From NCBI GenBank assembly GCA_964057225.1, contig OZ059895.1:17856001-17920000 (forward strand): a stretch of 64,000 nt of DNA, read 5' to 3'. This DNA comes from Auanema rhodensis. Lineage: Eukaryota > Animalia > Nematoda. Each line of letters starts with the position of its first letter. The stretch's first letter is position 1. The position numbers were made by a program, and so were the translations under genes. Below, piece after piece: positions 32,796-46,300 of this stretch. The notes below the pieces were generated by a model. That model had not been told where the DNA came from and did not search any database. It saw only the letters and a program-made list of their open reading frames with translations.

Positions 32796-34217
32796 ATCTC
32801 ATCTAGTATGGGGAAGTTAGTTGAAATTAGGAAGGTTCGAACTATATGATAAAGAATTATCTTCTCTCATTTCCCGTGTTCATTATGCTCTAGTTTACTT
32901 TTTGACTTAAGAGTGACTTGTTTTAGAGGACTCGTTACAAAATTTGTGTTCTAGTATTACTTTAAAGAAAGTTATTACAAAACAATTTACAATAAAATCT
33001 CATGAGTTAATGGTTTTTTCTTGATGGTAGCCAATTTGTATCCGAAAGGTCTTCTGGTTCGTCATAAGAGTCTTCATCGTTGTTGTTTCCGTTGATAACC
33101 TCTATGATTTCGATATCGCTGTCATCGTCTGAGATGTCTGTACGTGTACTGGGCTTATGTGCGATTCCGTCATCTGTTTCTCGATTAAATAATTTGAGAT
33201 TGTCCTTGTGAACGTCTTGGATCTTTCGGAAAAGGTTTTTGATTTGAACCATGTTTCCCTTCACATTAATAACTTCAAATGGTCCATCATAAGCTTTCCG
33301 AAGCTTTTGTCCTGGCTTGTGCATTTTCACAGCTAACATAACGCAGTCTCCTTTTTGTATATCTCTTTCGTGAGTGCGTAATCGAGCATCATGTTTCTTT
33401 TTTGCTAATTCTTGATGCTTTTCCAAATTTTCTTGAATGATTGTTTTCTGTTTGCTTCGGATTTTCTCAATATTTTCAATCTCCTTTGAAATTTCTTTTG
33501 GTTCAGTTGTTTCGGGGTATAAATCTTTATCCAATCTCAAACGGCTTTCTTTCCCAAATAGTACAACGTATGGTGATATTCCTGTGGTTGCATGCGTTGT
33601 GGTGTTCAATGCAAAGGTAATTTTTGGCAAAAACATGTCCCAATCAGTGACATCTTTGTTGAGATAATGTGTGAGTCCTTCTTCTAACGTTTTATGAAGT
33701 CTTTCTACTTGTCCATTGGAATTCTTCTGATGTGGGAGTGTTGATTCATGTTTGATACCGAGTTTTTCGCACATGTCTTCAAATTTCCTTGATAGGAAGT
33801 TGGAACCGCGGTCTGTTATTAAGCGATTCGGTGGTCCATAGACATATACAAAGTTTCTGAGGAATCTATCAATGACAACTTCACTAACAATTGTTGGTAT
33901 GGCGATAGTTGTAGCCCATTTGGAGAAAGAGTCTTGTATTGTGAGAACATAGCTGTTGTTCCTTTTTGATGTTGGGAATGGTCCCATGATATCCATATGT
34001 ATTCTCTCAAATGGTTTTGATGGTATGTTAAATTGACCCATTGGTTGTACGGTCATAGCATGAGGATCTTTCTTTCGTTGTGCACATTTGATGCACTGTT
34101 TTACGTATTTTGCTATGTCGTTCTGCATGTTAGTCCAGGAAAATCTTCGTAATATGGCTTCTTTTGTTTTGTTAATTCCTTGATGCGCCCCGATTGTTGG
34201 GTCTTCATGAAATTCTT
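32795..34217 (-). mobile_element. Inverted duplicate of the family B integrase region and partial 3' UTR (ORF 33007-34128)
   Basis: Reverse complement of 38923-40345 (coordinates sum to 73140); identical 373-aa translation. Confidence 0.93.
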
Positions 34218-34222
34218 CAATA

Positions 34223-37200
34223 GCTCGAGCTCAAGACGTCGCTATATTAGAAGAGGAACAGAAAGTAGACAAGAAGCCGGATAATTTCCTTATTCCTACT
34301 ACTGATTCTGTCTCACCTACTGAACAACTAGGCGACCCGGACTACGTACCTACTATAGAAGAAGAACTATCAATCATTGTGGAGGAACAAACACCGATCA
34401 CTCCTAAAAAGGTACGCTCCTCTAATTCTAATAAAAATAAGAAAAATCAAAACATCAGCGACGCTTCTCAGTCTCTCTCACTAACCGAACCAACCGATTC
34501 CCCTTTACTTTCAAAAACTTCTAGCGCAGGTAGGCTTAGTTCTCTTAGAAACATTGTTACTGATCTTTTTAACCTTTCGCCTAAAGATAAAACTTTCAAC
34601 ACCAAGCGTAAAAGCAGATATTCATCAGTCCCTAACATTAATATCTCACCAATTCAACCACCTGCGCCAAATACCAGTATTCATCAAACTTCTACTCCCA
34701 TCTTAACAACAACAGACTCACTTCCTAAGGCACCCAATAGACCTATTCCATCCACGCAAACAACCCCTATTTTGGAGACCCCACCAATAACAGGTAGAAC
34801 GATCAAAATACCATCTACCCGTACGAATAACATCATGACGGAAGCTGTTTCCTCACTACTTGGGGCAGGGAAAACAACAATCGCGCAAGCCTTACTTTCG
34901 CCTTACTGTCCAACTTACGACGGCAGTCGTAACTTCCGTGATTTTACGGGTAAATTCAACTTGTTTGCTAATGCCATTGGCCTTGTTATCCCTGAAAGGT
35001 TAGCACTTCTTCCTTTGCTTCTCAAAAATGAAGCAGCAGAAGAAGCTTACAGACAAGTTCCTGAACAACTTAAAACAACTGGTTCGTGGAATGATCTGAT
35101 TAGAGCACTAACATCGAAGCTCTGCCCTGAATATAATCAAGACCCTGCACTAATTAACCTTCAAAACACCACGCAAGGGGAATTGACAATTGATGCATAC
35201 GCCCAAGCATTAAGAACAATGGCATTGAGTGCATTTGCATCTGATGACCCACATAAAGATCAAATACTGAGATCAACATTCCTCAGAGGACTTAAAAATT
35301 CTCTAAAACCAGCTGTGATCCGAGCGAAGCCAAAATCCTTCACAGAAGCGATTGAAGCAGCTCGCTGGGAGGAATCGATAGTGAACCAAACAACAGACAC
35401 GCAATCGATGTTGGTCAACGCTGTGAACAAAGCACTAGCACCCTTTGCGCGTAATGATGAGAGACGAGATAGCCAAACATTTAATCGCAATTATCAACGC
35501 GATAACCAAATGATAAGAAACAATCAAAATTATCAAAATAATCAAAATTATCAAAAAAATAAAAACTTTTCTAATTTCAATAATAATCGAAACCGTTACG
35601 GTTCTTTCGCTAATAATCGCCGTACAAATTATAACGAACAAGATAATAGGCAATCGAGTTCTGATTGGCATCAAAGAAATTATAATTTTCGTCATAACAA
35701 CCAACGAGGTAGATTCAATAACAACAACGGACAAAGAAGAGTTCAATTCAAAAATCCAAGAGACAACTTAAGAGGAAGAGATAGAAGCTCAACAAGAATA
35801 AACTCTGTCACCCTTTCGCCTTTGACGCTTACACTTATCATGGCAATAACAGCAGCAATATTCTTGCCCTGTGCATCTACATATCAAATCTGTACAAGAG
35901 CAACAGGAGGTGCATTACTTATGCCACCAACAATCAGAAAATGCAGATTAACAGAGAAAAACCATGTGCTACGTACAGAAGTTCATCTATACACAAGAAA
36001 TCACACAGCACACGAATGGGATGCGTGGCGTTGTTCAGAGGAAGTACACAAGTTATGCGTACGAGAGCGCGCGTTCAACCGCGACGCGTGCGAGGAGCGG
36101 TCACGTCTAATATTAGAGCGCGGAGTCATGACCCGTATGCCTGACGATACAATATTGTCAAACTTAATATTAAACACGGAAGGATGCAATGCACATCATG
36201 GTAATTGTGAATCAAGTACATCAATAATAATATGGGACCCCCAAACCACTGTTTCACGTTGTAATTATATCGATATGCATACATATGACGCTATCATTAG
36301 TCAAGATACTATTTTAATCCCTAGTACACAATCGGCACTTATTCTTTCGAGCAAACCAACTCCGAAACCTATTTCTTCTTGCTTCAGGCAGCCAGCGTTC
36401 TATACGACATCAGGAAATTATATCATTCTTCCTAAATTTCCAAACGACAACAATATAACCACCCTTATTGAAAGAGAGTTCAAAAAGCTGCCGTTTAAAA
36501 GACCAAAACGTGCAGTCACCGAAGGATGTTCTTTCCCGCTGGATCAAGATCGGATCAACAAAGTTGAAGATTATGAAACAGTATTGCTTCACGTTTGTCC
36601 ATATACTTTCCTAAGACCATTAATGAGTAATCCCGGTATTACTTCAATTATTCCTATAATCAAAGGAAGACGTTTAGTAGATCCAACATACTCTCTAAAG
36701 GCATGGATAACATCACATAAAGAAAAATTCGAATTTTTCTTCAGAATTCAAATAAATGAACATTCTGTTCGACATTTTCTCAAGCAATACGATTTCAGTG
36801 ATAAAGAAGAAGCTCTGCTATATTATATAGCACAAAGAGAATTAGCCATTACTACAAAGGCAGCAATATCATACTTAACATCTGAACAGCTTCTCAAACA
36901 AATATCAGATCGTTTGACAGTAATCGAAATCGATAAAATCATAAGGAAGAAAGAAGGTTCATATCGCGAACGAATTGAAAGCATAGCTCTCAATTTAACC
37001 AATACACCAGTTATAATTGAAGAAGGACTGACAGTTCCATCACGACAAGAAGTCCTACAAACGTTATGCCACCAATAAGGAAACGTATACTAACTGACGA
37101 GGAAGAGAAGAAAAGCGAATTCATTAAGGCAACGATCAATTTGCTAAGAGAATGAAATCTTCTCAACAGAACAACAGTACGACTATATTCCACCAGAAGC

Positions 37201-40200
37201 AGACTGGGAAGGCAAATTACCTCACTTTCCTGGTGATTTCATGAAAGAACTTGACCTAAAAGAGGCTGATCTTACGCAACGACAAAAAGACGAACTACGA
37301 AACATCATTCGTCAACGTAAGAAGGCATTCCTCAATGAAGATAAAAAGATAGGATTGTTCAAAGGACCAGTAGAACACAAGATACCACTACGAACGGATA
37401 TGGATATGCCAAAGCCACGAATTTCACGTATACCTCTCGGGAAACAAGAAGAGGTAGAAAGACAATTCCAAGAAATGCTCCAGCAAGGGATAATAGAACG
37501 ATCGACATCTTTGTTCAACAGCCCTGTCGTTCTCGTTAAGAAAAAAGACGAAACATTCCGTTTCGTTACGGATTTCCGAGCCTTAAATAACGTTACAAGA
37601 AAACAAACATATGTGATTCCTAACATCTCTGATATCATTGACTTAGCGACTGGATCACAATACTTTTCTAATTTTGATCTTGTTTCTGGCTTTTTCCAAA
37701 TACCATTATTGAAGAAGGATAGACCACTCACATCCTTTACCACCAATAGTGGCTTATCAATACAGGAGAATGCCTATGGGATTATGTGGTGCGCCACATA
37801 CCTTTCAAACAGCCGTGAGATATCTCCAAAGTAAATGTAAATGCCGACTATTTGTCTATTTGGACGATTTACTAGTCATATCAGACAGCGCAGAACAACA
37901 CCTCGAAGACATCAAAGAAGTATTACTCGCTGTAGAAAGACTAGGATTTAAGATTAAACTCAAGAAATGTTCATTTGCAAGACCAGAAGTGAAATTTCTC
38001 GGACTCATTGTCGGAAGAGACGGAGTTAAGCCCGATCAACAGAAAGTTTCCGCCATCCGCGATTACCCTGCTCCTCAAACACCCACAGGAGTAAGAGCAT
38101 TCTTAGGAATGGTCGGATTCTTTAGAAAATTTATTAAAGATTTTGCACATATAGCAAGTCCGCTGTATGACCTTACTAAGCTAGACGCAGACTTCAATTG
38201 GACTAGCGAATGTCAACGTTCACTAGATAAGCTAAAGGAACGACTAATCGAAGCACCGGTATTGAAACCACCACGATCAGACCGAACTTTCATCATTGAA
38301 AGTGATGGCAGCAACATCGCCATAGGCGCAGTATTACTGCAGCCCGAAGATCCAAACAAACCATTCAAGAACTTACATCCAATTGCTTTCGCAAGTAGGA
38401 AATTAGTAAAAGCAGAACGTAACTATGCTCTCATAGAGATAGAAGCCTTAGGCTTAGTTTACGCTCTATCACAGTTTCGAACATACATACTTGGATCACA
38501 TTCAATTTGCATCACCGATCATCGCCCATTGACAAGCTTACTAACTAGAAGAGACCTATTTGGAAGACTAGCAAAGTTCCAATTGGTCATACAGGAATAC
38601 GATATTGAGATCAAATATCGAAAAGGCAGATTAAACAAAGTCTGTGACGCACTCTCTAGATACATTGGAGATGAAGCTAACGATCCAAAGACGTCGAACA
38701 AGAAACAAAAGACGAATTCGAAAGAGAAAATTGAGACACAACAAGTAAATGTTGTGAAGTTACCAGAATTCAGCTCAATCCAACAAAATACTCCTTGGAT
38801 CAAGAGAACAATAGCTGAGATTGAATACAGAACGAAGAAAAATATGATTCAAAATGATCGTTATTGTGTTATAAACAACTTACTCTACACAAAACCAAGC
38901 GTCAAAAGACCGAATTGACCGAAAGAATTTCATGAAGACCCAACAATCGGGGCGCATCAAGGAATCAACAAAACAAAAGAAGCCATATTACGAAGATTTT
39001 CCTGGACTAACATGCAGAACGACATAGCAAAATACGTAAAACAGTGCATCAAATGTGCACAACGAAAGAAAGATCCTCATGCTATGACCGTACAACCAAT
39101 GGGTCAATTTAACATACCATCAAAACCATTTGAGAGAATACATATGGATATCATGGGACCATTCCCAACATCAAAAAGGAACAACAGCTATGTCCTCACA
39201 ATACAAGACTCTTTCTCCAAATGGGCTACAACTATCGCCATACCAACAATTGTTAGTGAAGTTGTCATTGATAGATTCCTCAGAAACTTTGTATATGTCT
39301 ATGGACCACCGAATCGCTTAATAACAGACCGCGGTTCCAACTTCCTATCAAGGAAATTTGAAGACATGTGCGAAAAACTCGGTATCAAACATGAATCAAC
39401 ACTCCCACATCAGAAGAATTCCAATGGACAAGTAGAAAGACTTCATAAAACGTTAGAAGAAGGACTCACACATTATCTCAACAAAGATGTCACTGATTGG
39501 GACATGTTTTTGCCAAAAATTACCTTTGCATTGAACACCACAACGCATGCAACCACAGGAATATCACCATACGTTGTACTATTTGGGAAAGAAAGCCGTT
39601 TGAGATTGGATAAAGATTTATACCCCGAAACAACTGAACCAAAAGAAATTTCAAAGGAGATTGAAAATATTGAGAAAATCCGAAGCAAACAGAAAACAAT
39701 CATTCAAGAAAATTTGGAAAAGCATCAAGAATTAGCAAAAAAGAAACATGATGCTCGATTACGCACTCACGAAAGAGATATACAAAAAGGAGACTGCGTT
39801 ATGTTAGCTGTGAAAATGCACAAGCCAGGACAAAAGCTTCGGAAAGCTTATGATGGACCATTTGAAGTTATTAATGTGAAGGGAAACATGGTTCAAATCA
39901 AAAACCTTTTCCGAAAGATCCAAGACGTTCACAAGGACAATCTCAAATTATTTAATCGAGAAACAGATGACGGAATCGCACATAAGCCCAGTACACGTAC
40001 AGACATCTCAGACGATGACAGCGATATCGAAATCATAGAGGTTATCAACGGAAACAACAACGATGAAGACTCTTATGACGAACCAGAAGACCTTTCGGAT
40101 ACAAATTGGCTACCATCAAGAAAAAACCATTAACTCATGAGATTTTATTGTAAATTGTTTTGTAATAACTTTCTTTAAAGTAATACTAGAACACAAATTT

Positions 40201-40345
40201 TGTAACGAGTCCTCTAAAACAAGTCACTCTTAAGTCAAAAAGTAAACTAGAGCATAATGAACACGGGAAATGTGAGAAGATAATTCTTTATCATACAGTT
40301 CGAACCTTCCTAATTTCAACTAACTTCCCCATACTAGATGAGATG
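34223..40345 (+). pseudogene. Degraded gypsy family B internal region: gag, partial env, RT, RNase H, integrase; no LTRs
   Basis: ORFs 34379-37078, 37241-37834, 37749-38918 and 39012-40133 are colinear with the family A polyprotein. Frameshifts near 37060 and 37748; deletions near 36066, 37180 (env C-half, TM and protease lost) and 38915. Confidence 0.92.
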
Positions 40346-43300
40346 TGACTGTATAGAAATATTTTTCTATCTTATTGTAGCCTCTATAGCTCAGTGGCAG
40401 AGCGTTGGTCTTGTAAACCAAAGGTCGGTGGTTCAATACCGCCTGGAAGCATTTTTTTTCTTTCTGAACACCTCAGTTTGAAGAAATAACATCTGTAAAT
40501 CAATTCAAAATTACCCTCAACTGCTGAGCTTCGCCTCGTTCCTGTTTCTATTTGTTTCATATTGTTCATCCACAAACAGTGACTGTATAGAAATATATTT
40601 CTATCTTATTGTAGCCTCTATAGCTCAGTGGCAGAGCGTTGGTCTTGTAAACCAAAGGTCGGTGGTTCAATCCCGCCTGGAGGCATTTTTTTTCTTTCTG
40701 AACACCTTAGTTTGAAGAAATAACATCTGTAAATCAATTCAGAATTACCTTCAACTGCTGAGCTTCGCCTCGTTCCTGTTTCTATTTTTTTCATATTGTT
40801 CATCCACAAACAGTGACTGTATAGAAATATTTTTCTTTCTTATTGTAGCCTCTATAGCTCAGTGGCAGAGCGTTGGTCTTGTAAACCAAAGGTCGGTGGT
40901 TCAATCCCGCCTGGAGGCATTTTTTTTTATTCTGAACACCTCAGTTTGAAGAAATAACATCTGTAAATCAATTCAAAATTACCCTCAACTGCTGAGTTTC
41001 GCCTCGTTCTTGTTTCTATTTGTTTCATATTGTTCATCCACAAACAGTGACTGTATAGAAATATTTTTATATCTTATTGTAGCCTCTATAGCTCAGTGGC
41101 AGAGCGTTGGTCTTGTAAACCAAAGGTCGGTGGTTCAATCCCGCCTGGAGGCATTTTTTTTCTTTCTGAACACCTCAGTTTGAAGAAATAACATCTGTAA
41201 ATCAATTCAGAATTACCCTCAACTGCTGAGCTTCGCCTCGTTCTTGTTTCTATTTGTTGCATATTGTTCATCCACAAACAGTGACTGTATAGAAATATTT
41301 TTATTCCTTATTGTAGCCTCTATAGCTCAGTGGCAGAGCGTTGGTCTTGTAAACCAAAGGTCGGTGGTTCAATCCCGCCTGGAGGCAATTTTTTTTCTTT
41401 CTGAACACCTCAGTTTGAAGAAATAACATCTGTAAATCAATTCAGAATTACCCTCAACTGCTGAGCTTCGCCTCGTTCTTGCTTCTATTTGTTGCATATT
41501 GTTCATCCACAAACAGTGACTGTATAGAAATATTTTTATTCCTTATTGTAGCCTCTATAGCTCAGTGGCAGAGCGTTGGTCTTGTAAACCAAAGGTCGGT
41601 GGTTCAATCCCGCCTGGAGGCAATTTTTTTTCTTTCTGAACACCTCAGTTTGAAGAAATAACATCTGTAAATCAATTCAGAATTACCCTCAACTGCTGAG
41701 CTTCGCCTCGTTCTTGTTTCTATTTGTTTCATATTGTTCATCCACAAACAGTGACTGAAAAGAAATAAGAAAGAAATATAGAAATATTTTTCTATCTTAT
41801 TGTAGCCTCTATAGCTCAGTGGCAGAGCGTTGGTCTTGTAAACCAAAGGTCGGTGGTTCAATCCCGCCTAGAGGCATTTTTTTCTTTCTGAACACCTCAG
41901 TTTGAAGAAATAACATCTGTAAATCAATTCAGAATTACCCTCAACTGCTGAGCTTCGCCTCGTTCCTTTTTCTATTTGTTTTATATTGTTCATCCACAAA
42001 CAGTGACTGTATAGAAATATTTTTCTTTCTTATTGTAGCCTCTATAGCTCAGTGGCAGAGCGTTGGTCTTGTAAACCAAAGGTCGGTGGTTCAATCCCGC
42101 CTGGAGGCATTTTTTTTCTTTCTGAACACCTCAGTTTGAAGAAATAACATCTGTAAATCAATTCAAAATTACCCTCAACTGCTGAGCTTCGCCTCGTTCC
42201 TGTTTCTATTTGTTTCATATTGTTCATCCACAAAGAGTGACTGTATAGAAATATTTTTCTTTCTTATTGTAGCCTCTATAGCTCAGTGGCAGAGCGTTGG
42301 TCTTGTAAACCAAAGGTCGGTGGTTCAATCCCGCCTGGAGGCATTTTTTTTTTCTGAACACCTCAGTTTGAAGAAATAACATCTGTAAATCAATTCAGAA
42401 TTACCCTTAACTGCGGAGCTTCGCCTCGTTCTTGTTTCTATTTGTTTCATATTGTTCATCCACAAACAGTGACTGTATAGAAATATTTTTCTATCTTATT
42501 GTAGCCTCTATAGCTCAGTGGCAGAGCGTTGGTCTTGTAAACCAAAGGTCGGTGGTTCAATCCCGCCTGGAGGCATTTTTTTCTTTCTAAACACCTCAGT
42601 TTGAAGAAATAACATCTGTAAATCAATTCAGAATTACCCTTAACTGCTGAGCTTCGCCTCGTTCTTGTTTCTATTTGTTTCATATTGTTCATCCACAAAC
42701 AGTGACTGTATAGAAGTATTTTTCTATCTTATTGTAGCCTCTATAGCTCAGTGGCAGAGCGTTGGTCTTGTAAACCAAAGGTCGGTGGTTCAATCCCGCC
42801 TGGAGGCATTTTTTTTTTCTGAACACCTCAGTTTGAAGAAATAACATCTGTAAATCAATTCAGAATTACCCTTAACTGCTGAGCTTCGCCTCGTTCTTGT
42901 TTCTATTTGTTTCATATTGTTCATCCACAAACAGTGACTGTATAGAAATATTTTTCTATCTTATTGTAGCCTCTATAGCTCAGTGGCAGAGCGTTGGTCT
43001 TGTAAACCAAAGGTCGGTGGTTCAATCCCGCCTGGAGGCATTTTTTTCTTTCTAAACACCTCAGTTTGAAGAAATAACATCTGTAAATCAATTCAGAATT
43101 ACCCTTAACTGCTGAGCTTCGCCTCGTTCTTGTTTCTATTTGTTTCATATTGTTCATCCACAAACAGTGACTGTATAGAAATATTTTTATTTCTTATTGT
43201 AGCCTCTATAGCTCAGTGGCAGAGCGTTGGTCTTGTAAACCAAAGGTCGGTGGTTCAATCCCGCCTGGAGGCATTTTTTTTCTTTCTGAACACCTCAGTT

Positions 43301-46300
43301 TGAAGAAATAACATCTGTAAATCAATTCAGAATTACCCTCAACTGCTGAGCTTCGCCTCGTTCTTGTTTCTATTTGTTTCATATTGTTCATCCACAAACA
43401 GTGACTGTATAGAAATATTTTTCTATCTTATTGTAGCCTCTATAGCTCAGTGGCAGAGCGTTGGTCTTGTAAACCAAAGGTCGGTGGTTCAATCCCGCCT
43501 GGAGGCATTTTTTTCTTTCTAAACACCTTAGTTTGAAGAAATAACATCTGTAAATCAATTCAGAATTACCCTTAACTGCTGAGCTTCGCCTCGTTCTTGT
43601 TTCTATTTGTTTCATATTGTTCATCCACAAACAGTGACTGTATAGAAATATTTTTATTTCTTATTGTAGCCTCTATAGCTCAGTGGCAGAGCGTTGGTCT
43701 TGTAAACCAAAGGTCGGTGGTTCAATCCCGCCTGGAGGCATTTTTTTTCTTTCTGAACACCTCAGTTTGAAGAAATAACATCTGTAAATCAATTCAGAAT
43801 TACCCTCAACTGCTGAGCTTCGCCTCGTTCTTGTTTCTATTTGTTTCATATTGTTCATCCACAAACAGTGACTGTATAGAAATATTTTTCTATCTTATTG
43901 TAGCCTCTATAGCTCAGTGGCAGAGCGTTGGTCTTGTAAACCAAAGGTCGGTGGTTCAATCCCGCCTGGAGGCATTTTTTTCTTTCTAAACACCTCAGTT
44001 TGAAGAAATAACATCTGTAAATCAATTCAGAATTACCCTTAACTGCTGAGCTTCGCCTCGTTCTTGTTTCTATTTGTTTCATATTGTTCATCCACAAACA
44101 GTGACTGTATAGAAATATTTTTCTTTCTTATTGTAGCCTCTATAGCTCAGTGGCAGAGCGTTGGTCTTGTAAACCAAAGGTCGGTGGTTCAATCCCGCCT
44201 GGAGGCATTTTTTTCTTTCTGAACACCTCAGTTTGAAGAAATAACATCTGTAAATCAATTCAGAATTACCCTCAACTGCTGAGCTTCGCCTCGTTCCTTT
44301 TTCTATTTGTTTTATATTGTTCATCCACAAGCAGTGACTGTATAGAAATATTTTTCTATCTTATTGTAGCCTCTATAGCTCAGTGGCAGAGCGTTGGTCT
44401 TGTAAACCAAAGGTCGGTGGTTCAATCCCGCCTGGAGGCATTTTTTTTCTTTCTGAACACCTCAGTTTGAAGAAATAACATCTGTAAATCAATTCATAAT
44501 TACCCTCAACTGCTGAGCTTCGCCTCGTTCTTGTTTCTATTTGTTTCATATTGTTCATCCACAAACAGTGACTGTATAGAAATATTTTTCTATCTTATTG
44601 TAGCCTCTATAGCTCAGTGGCAGAGCGTTGGTCTTGTAAACCAAAGGTCGGTGGTTCAATCCCGCCTGGAGGCATTTTTTTCTTTCTGAACACCTCAGTT
44701 TGAAGAAATAACATCTGTAAATCAATTCAGAATTACCCTCACCTGCTGAGCTTCGCCTCGTTCTTGTTTATATTTGTTTCATATTGTTCATCCACAAACA
44801 GTGACTGTATAGAAATATTTTTCTATCTTATTGTAGCCTCTATAGCTCAGTGGCAGAGCGTTGGTCTTGTAAACCAAAGGTCGGTGGTTCAATCCCGCCT
44901 GGAGGCATTTTTTTCTTTCTGAACACCTCAGTTTGAATAAATAACATCTGTAAATCAATTCATAATTACCCTCAACTGCTGAGCTTCGCCTCGTTCTTGT
45001 TTCTATTTGTTTCATATTGTTCATCCACAAACAGTGACTGTATAGAAATATATTTCTATCTTATTGTAGCCTCTATAGCTCAGTGGCAGAGCGTTGGTCT
45101 TGTAAACCAAAGGTCGGTGGTTCAATCCCGCCTGGAGGCATTTTTTTTCTTTCTGAACACCTCAGTTTGAAGAAATAACATCTGTAAATCAATTCATAAT
45201 TACCCTCAACTGCTGAGCTTCGCCTCGTTCTTGTTTCTATTTGTTTCATATTGTTCATCCACAAACAGTGACTGTATAGAAATATTTTTCTATCTTATTG
45301 TAGCCTCTATAGCTCAGTGGCAGAGCGTTGGTCTTGTAAACCAAAGGTCGGTGGTTCAATCCCGCCTGGAGGCATTTTTTTTCTTTCTGAACACTTCAGT
45401 TTGAAGAAATAACATCTGTAAATCAATTCAAAATTACCCTCAACTGCTGAGCTTCGCCTCTTTCCTGTTTCTATTTTTTTCATATTGTTCATCCACAAAC
45501 AGTGACTGTATAGAAATATATTTCTATCTTATTGTAGCCTCTATAGCTCAGTGGCAGAGCGTTGGTCTTGTAAACCAAAGGTCGGTGGTTCAATCCCGCC
45601 TGGAGGCATTTTTTTTCTTTCTGAACACCTCAGTTTGAAGAAATAACATCTGTAAATCAATTCAAAATTACCCTCAACTGCTGAGCTTCGCCTCTTTCCT
45701 GTTTCTATTTTTTTCATATTGTTCATCCACAAACAGTGACTGTATAGAAATATATTTCTATCTTATTGTAGCCTCTATAGCTCAGTGGCAGAGCGTTGGT
45801 CTTGTAAACCAAAGGTCGGTGGTTCAATCCCGCCTGGAGGCATTTTTTTCTTTCTGAACACCTCAGTTTGAATAAATAACATCTGTAAATCAATTCATAA
45901 TTACCCTCAACTGCTGAGCTTCGCCTCGTTCTTGTTTCTATTTGTTTCATATTGTTCATCCACAAACAGTGACTGTATAGAAATATATTTCTATCTTATT
46001 GTAGCCTCTATAGCTCAGTGGCAGAGCGTTGGTCTTGTAAACCAAAGGTCGGTGGTTCAATCCCGCCTGGAGGCATTTTTTTTCTTTCTGAACACCTCAG
46101 TTTGAAGAAATAACATCTGTAAATCAATTCATAATTACCCTCAACTGCTGAGCTTCGCCTCGTTCTTGTTTCTATTTGTTTCATATTGTTCATCCACAAA
46201 CAGTGACTGTATAGAAATATTTTTCTATCTTATTGTAGCCTCTATAGCTCAGTGGCAGAGCGTTGGTCTTGTAAACCAAAGGTCGGTGGTTCAATCCCGC

